Assembly (NCBI GenBank): GCA_965242725.1
Contig: CBDESZ010000030.1
Location: 64,001-128,000, forward strand
Reading direction: 5' to 3'
DNA length: 64,000 nucleotides
Origin: Alkalispirochaeta sp.
Lineage (GTDB): Bacteria; Spirochaetota; Spirochaetia; DSM-27196; Alkalispirochaetaceae
In this document: positions 19,139-28,563 of the stretch, piece after piece
Position numbering within the stretch: position 1 is the stretch's first letter
Layout of the letters: the number at the start of each line of letters is the position of its first letter
The notes under the pieces: model-generated
The model's input: the letters and a program-made list of their open reading frames with translations, nothing else
The model's database searches: none
What the model was told of the DNA's origin: nothing
Made by a program: the position numbers and the translations under genes

Positions 19139-19218
19139 GATGCGTACCGGACCGGCGAAGCCGGGAGGAACGCGTCGAAATAAGATGCGTACCTTACCGG
19201 CGAAGCCGGGAGAAACGC
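19139..19218. repeat. Tandem pair of 35-bp palindromic (REP-like) repeats
   Basis: GATGCGTACCGGACCGGCGAAGCCGGGAGGAACGC (19139) and GATGCGTACCTTACCGGCGAAGCCGGGAGAAACGC (19184); each has a CCGGC-GAA-GCCGG hairpin. Confidence 0.8.
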
Positions 19219-19578
19219 AACGGCACATTACGATTCAGCTTTTTTAACCGTGTGCGGAACAATGCCTTCCGCGGCTGAGATTCCCTGATTCCATTCTGTC
19301 ATGATTCTATTCTCATCGATATTGCCCCTGAAATCGGGAGCAGGACCGTTGCCTCATTGTATCTGAACACCATTCTACATTTTCATGAACCGGTCGGTTT
19401 AAATATCACTTCCAACTATTCAGATTGAGACCCGAGTTTGTAAGTACAATGATATGCAGTAAGTAAAATAATATGTTTCACAATATTTATATTTTATTCT
19501 CATTTTATGATTGACAATTCGACAAAACCTGATAAGAATCACGTAAACATATATGACTTGTCTTTTCAGGAGGGCAAT

Positions 19579-20298
19579 ATGACCAAAAAACTGTTGGTGC
19601 TTTTTGTAATGCTGTCGGTGATCGCCGGAGTCGCTGCCGCACAGGACCTGACGATTGACTATCGGTACAATGTGAACCGAAACGACAATCGGAGTTATCT
19701 GACCTTCACCGGACCGATCCGATACATGGCAGTGGAACAGGACCACGTCGACACGACGTCGGGCGCATCGGTTAAGCAGTCTACAGAGCTGTTTCAACCG
19801 TACCGTGTAGACGTACTGGGAAAACCCGTCATTCCCCAGGGCTTCCGCGGTCTACTTCTCTTTGCCGTTGCGGTTCCGGAGCAGCGGGAGTTGGATAATC
19901 TGACGGTTACCAAGGAACGGAACGGCGTCATCACCATTCAGTATTCCCACCGGGGGACCGCCTACCGGATGATCACCGATTCTCAAGGTCGCCTCAGCTT
20001 CCCGAACGGTCGCTTCGAGCAGAGAAAAATCGGGTATATTGTCGGCGGTGATCCTCAAGTGATCAGTCGCGATTTTTCGAGCAACGGTACCGCCGCACGC
20101 ATCGATTTTGACAAGGTTTGGAACGCAAGCATTCCCGGCGGAACGGTCATTGACTCAAGCCGCTCGGACACGACCGGAGATATCGTTTCCGATGTTGCCG
20201 CCGCGGATTCCATGTTTTACTGGGATGGGCGTCTGCAGGTTGCGTTTGATCGGAACATACTCACGATCACGGGCGGGCTGAACGCCGTCAAGCGGTAA
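19579..20298 (+). CDS. Secreted hypothetical protein, beta-rich
   Basis: SD AGGAGG, signal peptide MTKKLLVLFVMLSVIAGVAAA, followed by a terminator. Confidence 0.8.
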   Translation: MTKKLLVLFVMLSVIAGVAAAQDLTIDYRYNVNRNDNRSYLTFTGPIRYMAVEQDHVDTTSGASVKQSTELFQPYRVDVLGKPVIPQGFRGLLLFAVAVPEQRELDNLTVTKERNGVITIQYSHRGTAYRMITDSQGRLSFPNGRFEQRKIGYIVGGDPQVISRDFSSNGTAARIDFDKVWNASIPGGTVIDSSRSDTTGDIVSDVAAADSMFYWDGRLQVAFDRNILTITGGLNAVKR

Positions 20299-20317
20299 TG
20301 TCTGTTGCGATGATTTG

Positions 20318-20349
20318 AAAAAAGCCACCCTCCGGGGTGGCTTTTTTTT
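20318..20349. terminator. Bidirectional rho-independent terminator
   Basis: AAAAAAGCCACCC-TCCG-GGGTGGCTTTTTTTT. Confidence 0.9.
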
Positions 20350-20532
20350 GGGGGATTTTCACCTCCCATTGAACTCCCATTGAGCGCCATGGTCCGAGTT
20401 TCTTTCGGCAGTACTTCCCTCCGCCGGACGCGAAATCGCACCTCAGTCTGTATTTCGAAATCAAAATCCGCTACTGTGTAGATATCAATGGGATCCCACG
20501 GATAAAGGACTGCGCGGAGGGAGAAAAAGGAA

Positions 20533-21732
20533 GTGAAGAAAAGCCTGCAGGTTGCGACACCGTCGCGGATAGGGTTCCTCAAGGATGTCCTGATTTGTTC
20601 TCTCGGCGCCTACGGTGGTCCTGAAACACACATCAGTGTCTTTCTGAACCAGATGGTTCACCGGAAGAAGTATCTTTCGGAAGAGGAGCTTATAGAGCTT
20701 CTCGCACTCAACGGAATCCTTCCCGGCCCGACGAGTACTCAGACAATCGTCTCCATAGGGTACAAGGTTGGCGGCCGTCTCCTCGCGCTCTATACGCTAA
20801 TGGTCTGGGCGCTGCCGGTCATCTCGCTCATGACCCTCGCATCCTTTGCCTACACCTTTCTCGAACGGCGGGGGCTCTCAGGCTCCGTTCTCCGGTTTAT
20901 CGGGCCGATGGCGGTAGGATTTATCATATACGCTGCAACCAGGATCGGAAGGAAGGTCATCATCGACAAGGTGACGGCTGCTCTCTTTCTGTTCAGTGCA
21001 GTGACGACATTTTTCTTTAGACAACCATGGGTCTTTCCGGTCGTCCTCCTCTGCGGCGGTGTCGTGACGGCCACCGTCAACCGAGAACCTGGAATGTGGA
21101 AGTCCGTGTCCCTTCGTCCACCGTGGATATTTCTCGTACTCTTTGTCGGTATCGCCGTCGGCGCGGCCGTGATGGCAGGCCTTTCGTCGGCAAAACCGAT
21201 CCAGCTTTTCGAGAGCTTTTATCGATATGGATACCTTGTCTTTGGAGGGGGCCAGGTGGTGGTCCCGATCATGCAAAGCGAACTGGTTGACCTCCGTCAT
21301 TTTATGACCAATCAGGAATTTCTGACCGGCTACGGCCTTGTCCAGGGGCTTCCGGGACCAATGTTCAGCTTTGCCGCCTATGCCGGTGGTATGGCGAGTC
21401 GAGACATGGGCGTGACAATGCAAATTGTTGGCGCCGCCATCGGAGGCCTCGGTATCTTTCTGCCGGGAATTCTACTCATCTATTTTGTCTATCCCGTCTG
21501 GGAACGGCTGAAAGTAATCGGCGCGATACGTCTTGCACTGACAGGCATTAATGCAATTGCCGGAGGGCTCATCGCCGTGTCCATCGTTGTATTGGCGATT
21601 TCGACGGGACTTACCGCTCTCAATGTCGTCATCATGGGTGTCACGGCATCTCTGCTCACTTTTACCAGAATACCGGCGCCGGTGATTGTGGTGGTGACAC
21701 TCCTTGGGGGCATCCTTCTTCCGCCCTTTTAA
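20533..21732 (+). CDS. chrA: Chromate efflux transporter (long-chain CHR)
   Basis: GAYGGP, LPGPTSTQ, second half VFGGG, QGLPGP.F.FAAY.G, GIFLP. Confidence 0.92.
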   Translation: MKKSLQVATPSRIGFLKDVLICSLGAYGGPETHISVFLNQMVHRKKYLSEEELIELLALNGILPGPTSTQTIVSIGYKVGGRLLALYTLMVWALPVISLMTLASFAYTFLERRGLSGSVLRFIGPMAVGFIIYAATRIGRKVIIDKVTAALFLFSAVTTFFFRQPWVFPVVLLCGGVVTATVNREPGMWKSVSLRPPWIFLVLFVGIAVGAAVMAGLSSAKPIQLFESFYRYGYLVFGGGQVVVPIMQSELVDLRHFMTNQEFLTGYGLVQGLPGPMFSFAAYAGGMASRDMGVTMQIVGAAIGGLGIFLPGILLIYFVYPVWERLKVIGAIRLALTGINAIAGGLIAVSIVVLAISTGLTALNVVIMGVTASLLTFTRIPAPVIVVVTLLGGILLPPF

Positions 21733-21773
21733 GACACGAAGAAATGACATAGGCTGGACGAAGCTGGACCAAA

Positions 21774-22394
21774 ATGAAGACAAAACAGCAGAATACGATC
21801 CCCATAGAACCCCTGTACACCGAGTTGCACGACGATCTTCATGTCTATTTTGCCAGGCGGGTGGAATCGTCGGAGGCGGCGGAAGACCTCGTCCAGGAGA
21901 CATTTCTGAAGTTCCTCCGCGCCCTTGAACAAGGGCGCACCGTTTCAAACGCGGAAGCGTATCTGTTTCGACTCGCACGAAATCTGGTCATAGACCATTA
22001 CCGGACACGGCGGCACAGTTCCCCGCCTCCGGAGCTGCTCGACGAGTCCCAGGAAGATGCGCGGAACGAGGAAACCCGGCGGGTTATCGCCGGATGGATG
22101 AGAGACTTCATTTCCACCCTCCCTTCGCCCTATCGGGAAACGTTGCTGTTGAGTGAATTTCACGGCCTTCCCTACTCCGAAATTGCCGGACGGACGGGAG
22201 GTACCGTGGGAACGGTCAAGAGCCGTGTTCACCGAGGCAGGAAGCTCCTGCGGGAGCGACTCATCACCTGCTGCCGTTTCCATTTTGATGCCGCGGGGCG
22301 TGTGGTTGACTACGAACCTCACCACTGGACGCCTGCAAAAAACGAGGAACGGCCCGACGGGTCGAACCGTTCCCGCTGTTCCGATTGCGAATAG
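21774..22394 (+). CDS. sigZ: ECF RNA polymerase sigma factor, SigZ-like
   Basis: AEDLVQETFLK, YLFRLARN..IDHYR, region 4 TVKSRVHRGR, followed by CC.F.FD..G typical of SigZ. Confidence 0.8.
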   Translation: MKTKQQNTIPIEPLYTELHDDLHVYFARRVESSEAAEDLVQETFLKFLRALEQGRTVSNAEAYLFRLARNLVIDHYRTRRHSSPPPELLDESQEDARNEETRRVIAGWMRDFISTLPSPYRETLLLSEFHGLPYSEIAGRTGGTVGTVKSRVHRGRKLLRERLITCCRFHFDAAGRVVDYEPHHWTPAKNEERPDGSNRSRCSDCE

Positions 22395-22416
22395 ACGCCG
22401 GAAGCATCGTCGGACT

Positions 22417-23178
22417 TTACGGTTTGTGTGCCGAAATGGTCGCCGAAAATACCGCCACGACCGGCGCGTCCGGATCACCCCAGTTGAACGGCGTCGAGTT
22501 CACCTCTATGAGTATGTCCGTGAAGCCTGCGCCTTCAAGCAACCCCCTGATCACCTCTCCCGTCTCCGCTCCGCTCACACAGGCACTGTAGAGATCCATG
22601 TCGGAGCGTTCCGCGTCGGTCGGTTTGCGTTCTGCGACAAGGTCGGAGACGACAAGCCGTCCGCCCCGTTTCAGCACCCGGTGGGCTTCCCCAAATACAC
22701 GCCCCTTGTCCGGAGAGAGGTTGATGACGCAGTTGGATATGATGAGATCGACGCTTTCATCGGGAAGTGGAAGCTCTTCTATTGCTCCGAGAAGAAACTC
22801 AACATTTCCGTAGCCTCCCTCCCGGGCATTGTTCCGCGCCTTCTCCACCATTTCCGGGGTCATATCGACACCGATTACGTGCCCTTCAGGACCTACTTTC
22901 CCGGCGGCGAGAAAACAATCGACCCCGGCGCCGCTGCCGAGATCCAGAACCGTCTCTCCCTCAACCGGTTCCGCGGCCACTGTGGGGTTACCGCATCCGA
23001 GACCGAGATCGGCGCCGTCCGGCAGCGTCTGCAACTGCTCAAAGGTATAGCCGCCGCCGCAACTCCCGGTGGAGCAATCGCTCAGAGGATCACCGCAACA
23101 ACTGGTGCTTGCTTCCCGTGCCCTGGCTGCGTAGCGATCCTTGACCGCCGTTCTGATTTCGTCATGTGAATAGTTCAT
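22417..23178 (-). CDS. arsM: Arsenite S-adenosylmethionine methyltransferase
   Basis: [38 protein letters not shown]. Confidence 0.92.
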   Translation of the reverse strand: MNYSHDEIRTAVKDRYAARAREASTSCCGDPLSDCSTGSCGGGYTFEQLQTLPDGADLGLGCGNPTVAAEPVEGETVLDLGSGAGVDCFLAAGKVGPEGHVIGVDMTPEMVEKARNNAREGGYGNVEFLLGAIEELPLPDESVDLIISNCVINLSPDKGRVFGEAHRVLKRGGRLVVSDLVAERKPTDAERSDMDLYSACVSGAETGEVIRGLLEGAGFTDILIEVNSTPFNWGDPDAPVVAVFSATISAHKP

Positions 23179-23270
23179 AAGGACTCTCCCGTTTGTAGAT
23201 TTCATTCTCTATGACGAACGGGCGCGTCCGAGGTTGCATTGGCGGTGAAATTTCTCCGTATGATTTCTTT

Positions 23271-24527
23271 TCAGGAGACAATTGCCCCGTAGAACAGACC
23301 CGCCGCTGTGGACATGCTCACGACCAGGAAGATGTAGGTAGCCGTTTTCTTCATACCAAGTTCACTGCCGATCACCATGATTGAGGGCAGTGAAAGGGAG
23401 GGACCGGCCAGCAGCAGGGCCAGTGCGGGGCCGTCGTTCATACCCGCGCCGAGAAGGCCCTGCATGATGGGTACCTCCGTCAGCGTGGCAAAGTACATGA
23501 GAGCACCGGCGAGGGCTGCGATAAGATTGCTTCCGAGCGAGTTGGTTCCCACCAGATCGGCGATCCACTCTTCCGGGATGAGGGCCGCGTGACCCGGGCG
23601 CCCCAGAAGGAAGCCCGCCACAAGTACTCCGGCAAAAAGCAGCGGCAGGATCTGAACGGCAAAATCTCTGGTTGCCGAGACCCAGTCAGTAAGCTCACTC
23701 CTGCTGAACCATCGCAGGAGCGTATAGCCCAGGATCACGGTAAAGACTCCAGTGATTGGCCACTTCCATCGATAGATGACATCCCACCATGTGACGGAAC
23801 CGCCGGACGGCGCCCAGTTCACGAAGAGGAGTATCCCGACCATGGATGCCATGTAGAGCGCCATTTGCGGGAGAGTGCGGCCCCTGGTATCGTCAAAGGG
23901 CTGAAACATCGCGGCGTTCGTCGTACGGTCTTTGTCCTCCCGGAGGTAGACCATCTGCATGACAACTCCAATGACAAAGGCAAAAAGGATCGCTCCCACG
24001 GCTCGGGCGACTCCGAGCCGTACTCCCAGCACCTTGGCGGTGAGAATAATCGCGAGGATGTTAATCGCCGGACCAGAGTAGAGAAAGCTTACCGCCGGGC
24101 CAAGACCGGCACCTTTCCTGTAGATGCCTTTGAACAGCGGCAGGACGGTACAGGAACAGACCGCCAGGATCGTACCCGATACCGATGCAACTCCGTATGC
24201 CGTGAGTCTTGGCGCATCGGGTCCAAGGTAGCGAATGACCGCCTGCTGATTGAGGAAGATCGTAATCGCGCCGGCGATGAAAAATGCGGGAACGAGACAA
24301 AGCAGCACATGTTCCCGGGCATACTCCCCGAGCATGAGGAACGCCTCGTTTACCGCCGAGGAAACTCTTGGTGCCGACCAGGGGACAAAAAAGGCAACAA
24401 GAAAGACAAGAGCCATCGCCGTGAGGATTCGGTTCTTGTCCTCCCCCCAGAACGCATTGATTCGCCGAATGATAACCCGTCCGGAGGACCCACCGGCTTC
24501 ATCGGGCGCTGACGTCGTCGTGTTCAT
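23271..24527 (-). CDS. arsP: ArsP/DUF318-family permease
   Basis: HVLLCLVPAFFIAGAI, AVCSCTVLPLF, GPAIN, MYFATLTEVP, GPSLSLP; within the ars cluster. Confidence 0.85.
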   Translation of the reverse strand: MNTTTSAPDEAGGSSGRVIIRRINAFWGEDKNRILTAMALVFLVAFFVPWSAPRVSSAVNEAFLMLGEYAREHVLLCLVPAFFIAGAITIFLNQQAVIRYLGPDAPRLTAYGVASVSGTILAVCSCTVLPLFKGIYRKGAGLGPAVSFLYSGPAINILAIILTAKVLGVRLGVARAVGAILFAFVIGVVMQMVYLREDKDRTTNAAMFQPFDDTRGRTLPQMALYMASMVGILLFVNWAPSGGSVTWWDVIYRWKWPITGVFTVILGYTLLRWFSRSELTDWVSATRDFAVQILPLLFAGVLVAGFLLGRPGHAALIPEEWIADLVGTNSLGSNLIAALAGALMYFATLTEVPIMQGLLGAGMNDGPALALLLAGPSLSLPSIMVIGSELGMKKTATYIFLVVSMSTAAGLFYGAIVS

Positions 24528-24590
24528 CGTTCTTTCTCCCCCATATCATCGATCAGAGAAATCTCCTGGACCGGTACTGAAGGCTTCAGC

Positions 24591-24836
24591 CTATCCGGCG
24601 GTGTAGGCTCTCAGAGACTCGGCTATCTGTGCAGGTGAGTAGACTTTGCCGAACTTCTGCACCACGCCGTCAAAGGCGTAACCCGGTGTCCTCAAAACAC
24701 CCATCTCGAGAATCCGATCACTGTCAGTCACTTTTTCTATCGTCACATCGATACCCAGTTGTGTTGCAGCTTCGATCGCGTTCTCCTCGAGTTTTTTACA
24801 GTTTGGACACCCCCCACCCAGTATTTGTATGGTCAT
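24591..24836 (-). CDS. Small redox-active disulfide protein (thioredoxin-like)
   Basis: IQILGGGCPNC, GVLRTP; typical ArsP partner. Confidence 0.88.
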   Translation of the reverse strand: MTIQILGGGCPNCKKLEENAIEAATQLGIDVTIEKVTDSDRILEMGVLRTPGYAFDGVVQKFGKVYSPAQIAESLRAYTAG

Positions 24837-24933
24837 GGCGGACTCTCCTTTCTGAATTTATTGTTTATTTGTCTATATAACCAAGTTTACATCAACATCG
24901 TACACCCGTCAATTCGTTTTCCCGACATCAGAG

Positions 24934-24970
24934 TTGACATGGCGGAATATTTGCTTATATTTGCAAGTAT
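24934..24970 (+). promoter_or_regulatory. arsR promoter with overlapping ArsR-type inverted-repeat operator
   Basis: TTGACA-16 bp-TATATT. Imperfect IR ATATTTGC-N8-GCAAGTAT covers the -10 box and start codon. Confidence 0.7.
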
Positions 24971-25304
24971 GCAGCAAACAGCCAGATTCAAGGCCGAAGC
25001 GCGCTCGGAGATTCTGAAAGCCCTCGCTCACCCGACCCGCATTTACATCGTAGATCTCCTCGATCGGGAAGGCCCCCGCTGCGTCTGCGAGCTCGCCAAA
25101 GAGATCGGCGCGGACATGTCCACCGTTTCCCGGCATCTTTCGCTCCTGAGAAATGCGGGCATCCTCGAAGATGAAAAGAAGGGTACCACCGTCTACTACT
25201 CTCTTGCCTGCGACTGCATCTCGGAGTTCATGAAGGGACTCGAGAAAATCCTTCGTTCAAAGCATCAGCGGGAAAACAGGCGTTTCCAGGCGCTGGTCGA
25301 GTAG
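24969..25304 (+). CDS. arsR: ArsR/SmtB family transcriptional regulator
   Basis: LKALAHPTR, CVCEL, STVSRHL..LRNAG, YYSL.CDC. Confidence 0.92.
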   Translation: MQQTARFKAEARSEILKALAHPTRIYIVDLLDREGPRCVCELAKEIGADMSTVSRHLSLLRNAGILEDEKKGTTVYYSLACDCISEFMKGLEKILRSKHQRENRRFQALVE

Positions 25305-25426
25305 CGCAGGAATCCCCTAGGTCACAATATCAGCATGAGTGTTTCCGACACCTCCGGCTGATGACAACCCTTGTCCCTGAAGACGCAAGTCGGACATACC
25401 GCAATCATGAAGAATTCAGGAGGAGA

Positions 25427-25906
25427 ATGGTGAACAAGAAACCAAGAGTACTCGCAATTTGTATCCATAACAGCGCCAGAAGCCAGATGACCGAGGAGTT
25501 TATCAGACAGGCCGCAGGTGATCGGGTGGAAGTCATGAGCGCGGGGATCGAGCCGGGAAAAATCAACCCCGTCGTCGTCGAGCTTCTGAAAGAGGACGGA
25601 ATCAATATCGAGGGGAAGGGGACACAAAGTGTCTTTGAACTACACCAACGGGGAGAACGTTTTGACTACGTCATCGCCGTGTGCGACAAAGAAGCCGCCG
25701 ATCGTTGCCCTATATTTCCCGCCGAGAAAAAACGACTTCACTGGCCGTTTCCTGATCCATCGAAAGCAGAGGGGACCATGGAAGAGAAGCTCTCGTATGT
25801 GCGTCCCATCCGGGATCAAATACGGGACCAGGCACGCCGGTTTGTACAAGACACACTTTTTGCAGAACCGCAACCGCACGACACCACACAGGTGAACGAC
25901 CAATGA
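25427..25906 (+). CDS. arsC: Arsenate reductase (LMW-PTP fold)
   Basis: CIHNSARSQM, VIAVCD, CPIFP, HWPFPDPS, IRDQI. SD AGGAGG. Confidence 0.9.
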   Translation: MVNKKPRVLAICIHNSARSQMTEEFIRQAAGDRVEVMSAGIEPGKINPVVVELLKEDGINIEGKGTQSVFELHQRGERFDYVIAVCDKEAADRCPIFPAEKKRLHWPFPDPSKAEGTMEEKLSYVRPIRDQIRDQARRFVQDTLFAEPQPHDTTQVNDQ

Positions 25907-26985
25907 ATGAACAGCACAGCTCCAGGCAGATAGATGGTCTCGGTCTGTTCGGAAAATATCTATCGGTCTGGGTCGCCCTCTGTATCGTAGCAGGTGTCGC
26001 GGTCGGTCGGTTTATGCCGGCGGTGCCGAATTTTCTCAGCCGCTTTGAATACGCCCACGTCTCCATTCCGGTTGCACTACTGATCTGGGTGATGATCTAC
26101 CCGATGATGCTCAAGGTCGATTTTTCGAGTGTCCTTGGTGCATTGAAAGCACCGAAAGGGCTCACCATCACTACCGTCACCAATTGGCTGATCAAGCCCT
26201 TCACCATGTTCTTCTTCGCGTGGCTCTTTTTCACCGTCGTCTTCCGATCTATCATTCCGGAAAAACTTGCACGGGAGTATCTTGCCGGTGCAGTCCTTCT
26301 CGGTGCCGCTCCGTGCACGGCAATGGTCTTTGTATGGAGCCACCTGACCAGCGGGAATCCCGGTTACACGCTCGTGCAGGTCGCCGTAAATGATCTCATC
26401 CTGATCGTCGCCTTCGCTCCCATCGTCATGTTTCTCCTTGGTATCTCCGACGTTGTCATTCCTTACGACACACTTTTCCTTTCAGTGGTGATATTCATCG
26501 TCATTCCTTTGACCGCCGCCGCGCTGACGAGACGGTTTCTCATTCGCCGGCGGGGGACAGCCTACTTTGAACACGTCTTTCTTCCGAGATTTGACGGTAT
26601 CACCACCACAGGACTGCTGGCCACGCTTATCCTGCTGTTCTCATTTCAGGGTGAGACGATTCTCAATAATCCATTTCACATCGTGTTGATCGCGGTTCCG
26701 TTGATCATCCAGACATTTTTTATTTTCGGGCTTGCATACGGATGGGCAAGGTTGTGGCGTGTACCGCATGATATCGCCTCTCCCGCGGCGATGATCGGAG
26801 CGAGTAATTTTTTCGAACTTGCCGTTGCGGTGGCCGTTTCTCTCTTCGGACTCTCATCGGGTGCCGCCCTGGCAACGGTAGTCGGGGTTCTTGTGGAAGT
26901 TCCTGTCATGCTCGCGTTGGTGAGTATCGCCAATTCGACACGGGATCGCTTTCCGCGGTCTTATTCGTCGATCGATTCCGGATAG
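25903..26985 (+). CDS. acr3: ACR3-family arsenite efflux transporter
   Basis: YLSVWV, IWVMIYPMM, NWLIKPF, APCTAMVFVW, GASNFFELAVA, GVLVEVPVML. Confidence 0.95.
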   Translation: MNEQHSSRQIDGLGLFGKYLSVWVALCIVAGVAVGRFMPAVPNFLSRFEYAHVSIPVALLIWVMIYPMMLKVDFSSVLGALKAPKGLTITTVTNWLIKPFTMFFFAWLFFTVVFRSIIPEKLAREYLAGAVLLGAAPCTAMVFVWSHLTSGNPGYTLVQVAVNDLILIVAFAPIVMFLLGISDVVIPYDTLFLSVVIFIVIPLTAAALTRRFLIRRRGTAYFEHVFLPRFDGITTTGLLATLILLFSFQGETILNNPFHIVLIAVPLIIQTFFIFGLAYGWARLWRVPHDIASPAAMIGASNFFELAVAVAVSLFGLSSGAALATVVGVLVEVPVMLALVSIANSTRDRFPRSYSSIDSG

Positions 26986-27149
26986 GATTCCTCGGTCAGG
27001 CGGGTCAGTTCGTTGATTCTGTCACGCAAATCGGCGGCACGTCGCGTATCTGCCTCTAATTTTTCCTTGTCGGCGGCGATTGTTTCCCTGAGTTGATCGT
27101 ACTCGGCCGTTAGATCAGCCAGCTGAGACTGAATTGTCATGTGTTTCAC
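26961..27149 (-). CDS. Small coiled-coil hypothetical protein
   Basis: Strong SD AAGGAGGAG before GTG 27149; heptad-like helix; convergent overlap with the acr3 3' end. Confidence 0.6.
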   Translation of the reverse strand: MKHMTIQSQLADLTAEYDQLRETIAADKEKLEADTRRAADLRDRINELTRLTEESYPESIDE

Positions 27150-27286
27150 CGTTCTCCTCCTTTCGCTGCTTGAATGCCAACCCATTACAATGTGCTGCGC
27201 CGCCGGTGCGAGGTCAAGTGCAACAGTTTACCCCGAAGTCGACGAGCCCCTTGACCTCAGACCGGATATCCTCATGTAGTTACCGT

Positions 27287-28465
27287 ATGCAAGGGAACGG
27301 ACGGGAAGAGGACTATCCTCGGAGAATTGACCGGGACGGGGAGAAAGCAAACCCCGACGCATTCCGATCGCCAAATGACCCTGACGAACCGACAACCGTT
27401 TTTCAGCGCCATTTCCATCGCGTTTTTCGAGCATCCGCCGGAAAAACACTTCGACGATTCCGTATCATTCGTCCGTTGCTTATTCTGGTTTCGGCGGGCG
27501 TCGGATTTGTGGTTGTCGTGGTCACTCTCAACAGTGCACATCTATTCAGATTGACCCACCCGATACCCCCGAATAACTCCGCCCCGACGCCGAAACTCAT
27601 CGCACATCGCGGCGTCCACCAGCCCTTTGATACAACAGGACTGACAAACGATACGTGTACCGCGGCACGAAGCCTTCCTTCATCCCACGGATTTCTTGAA
27701 AACACGATTCCCTCGATGGCGGCCGCCTTTCGTATGGGTGCAGACGTCGTTGAGCTTGATGTTCACCTCACCAGGGACGGCCGATTCGCCGTTTTTCACG
27801 ATTGGACTCTGGAATGCCGAACCGACGGCGCAGGGGTGACCCGGGAATCCGATTGGGAAGAACTCAAATCGCTGGACGTGGGATATGGTTATACACGTGA
27901 CGGCGGCGGATCATTCCCTTTTCGCGGAACAGGTGTCGGCATGATGCCGAATCTCCGGGAGGTATTTGAAGCGTTCCCGGATGGAAAGTTTCTTATTGAC
28001 ATCAAAAGCAACGTGGCGTCCGACGGCGACGGTCTTGTGCGGTTTTTCCGGGACAATCCGAACTGGCTCAACAAGGTCTGGGGGGTCTATGGAGGCCCCG
28101 TCCCGGTCGAACGATTCTCAGACGTCTACCCGGACATTCCAACGTTCACCGCCGGGAGTGTCGTGAACTGCCTGAAAGATTATTTGATGACGGGGTGGAC
28201 CGGACGCATACCGGAATCCTGCACCGGAACGACGGTGTACATTCCGGTCAATTTTGCGCCGATTCTCTGGGGGTGGCCCGACCGTTTCCTGTGGCGTATG
28301 GAGAACGCCGGGACAACGGTTGTACTTATCGGTCCGCATACATGGGGCAATACGGGAACCCGCGGTTTCGATGATACCGTACTCCTCGAAAAAATTCCCC
28401 GGACATATACCGGTTACATTCAGACCGATCGTATCGAGCTCCTCGGTCCCGCGCTGAGAAACTGA
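27287..28465 (+). CDS. Glycerophosphodiester phosphodiesterase family protein
   Basis: IAHRG, ENTIPSM, ELDVHLT.DG..VFHD, IDIKS, IQTD; TM before the catalytic domain. Start uncertain. Confidence 0.88.
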   Translation: MQGNGREEDYPRRIDRDGEKANPDAFRSPNDPDEPTTVFQRHFHRVFRASAGKTLRRFRIIRPLLILVSAGVGFVVVVVTLNSAHLFRLTHPIPPNNSAPTPKLIAHRGVHQPFDTTGLTNDTCTAARSLPSSHGFLENTIPSMAAAFRMGADVVELDVHLTRDGRFAVFHDWTLECRTDGAGVTRESDWEELKSLDVGYGYTRDGGGSFPFRGTGVGMMPNLREVFEAFPDGKFLIDIKSNVASDGDGLVRFFRDNPNWLNKVWGVYGGPVPVERFSDVYPDIPTFTAGSVVNCLKDYLMTGWTGRIPESCTGTTVYIPVNFAPILWGWPDRFLWRMENAGTTVVLIGPHTWGNTGTRGFDDTVLLEKIPRTYTGYIQTDRIELLGPALRN

Positions 28466-28563
28466 CGGTACTCTCCGGCGGTACAGAATTTCGTCGAAAT
28501 CGCGCTATCACGGTAAATGAGGATTCTTGTGTCGCCGTTCGGGATATACTACACTCGCCTATT

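Noticed and set aside
19139..19218. Possible mini CRISPR array
   Set aside because: Only two units, a 10-nt spacer, and no cas genes in the window.
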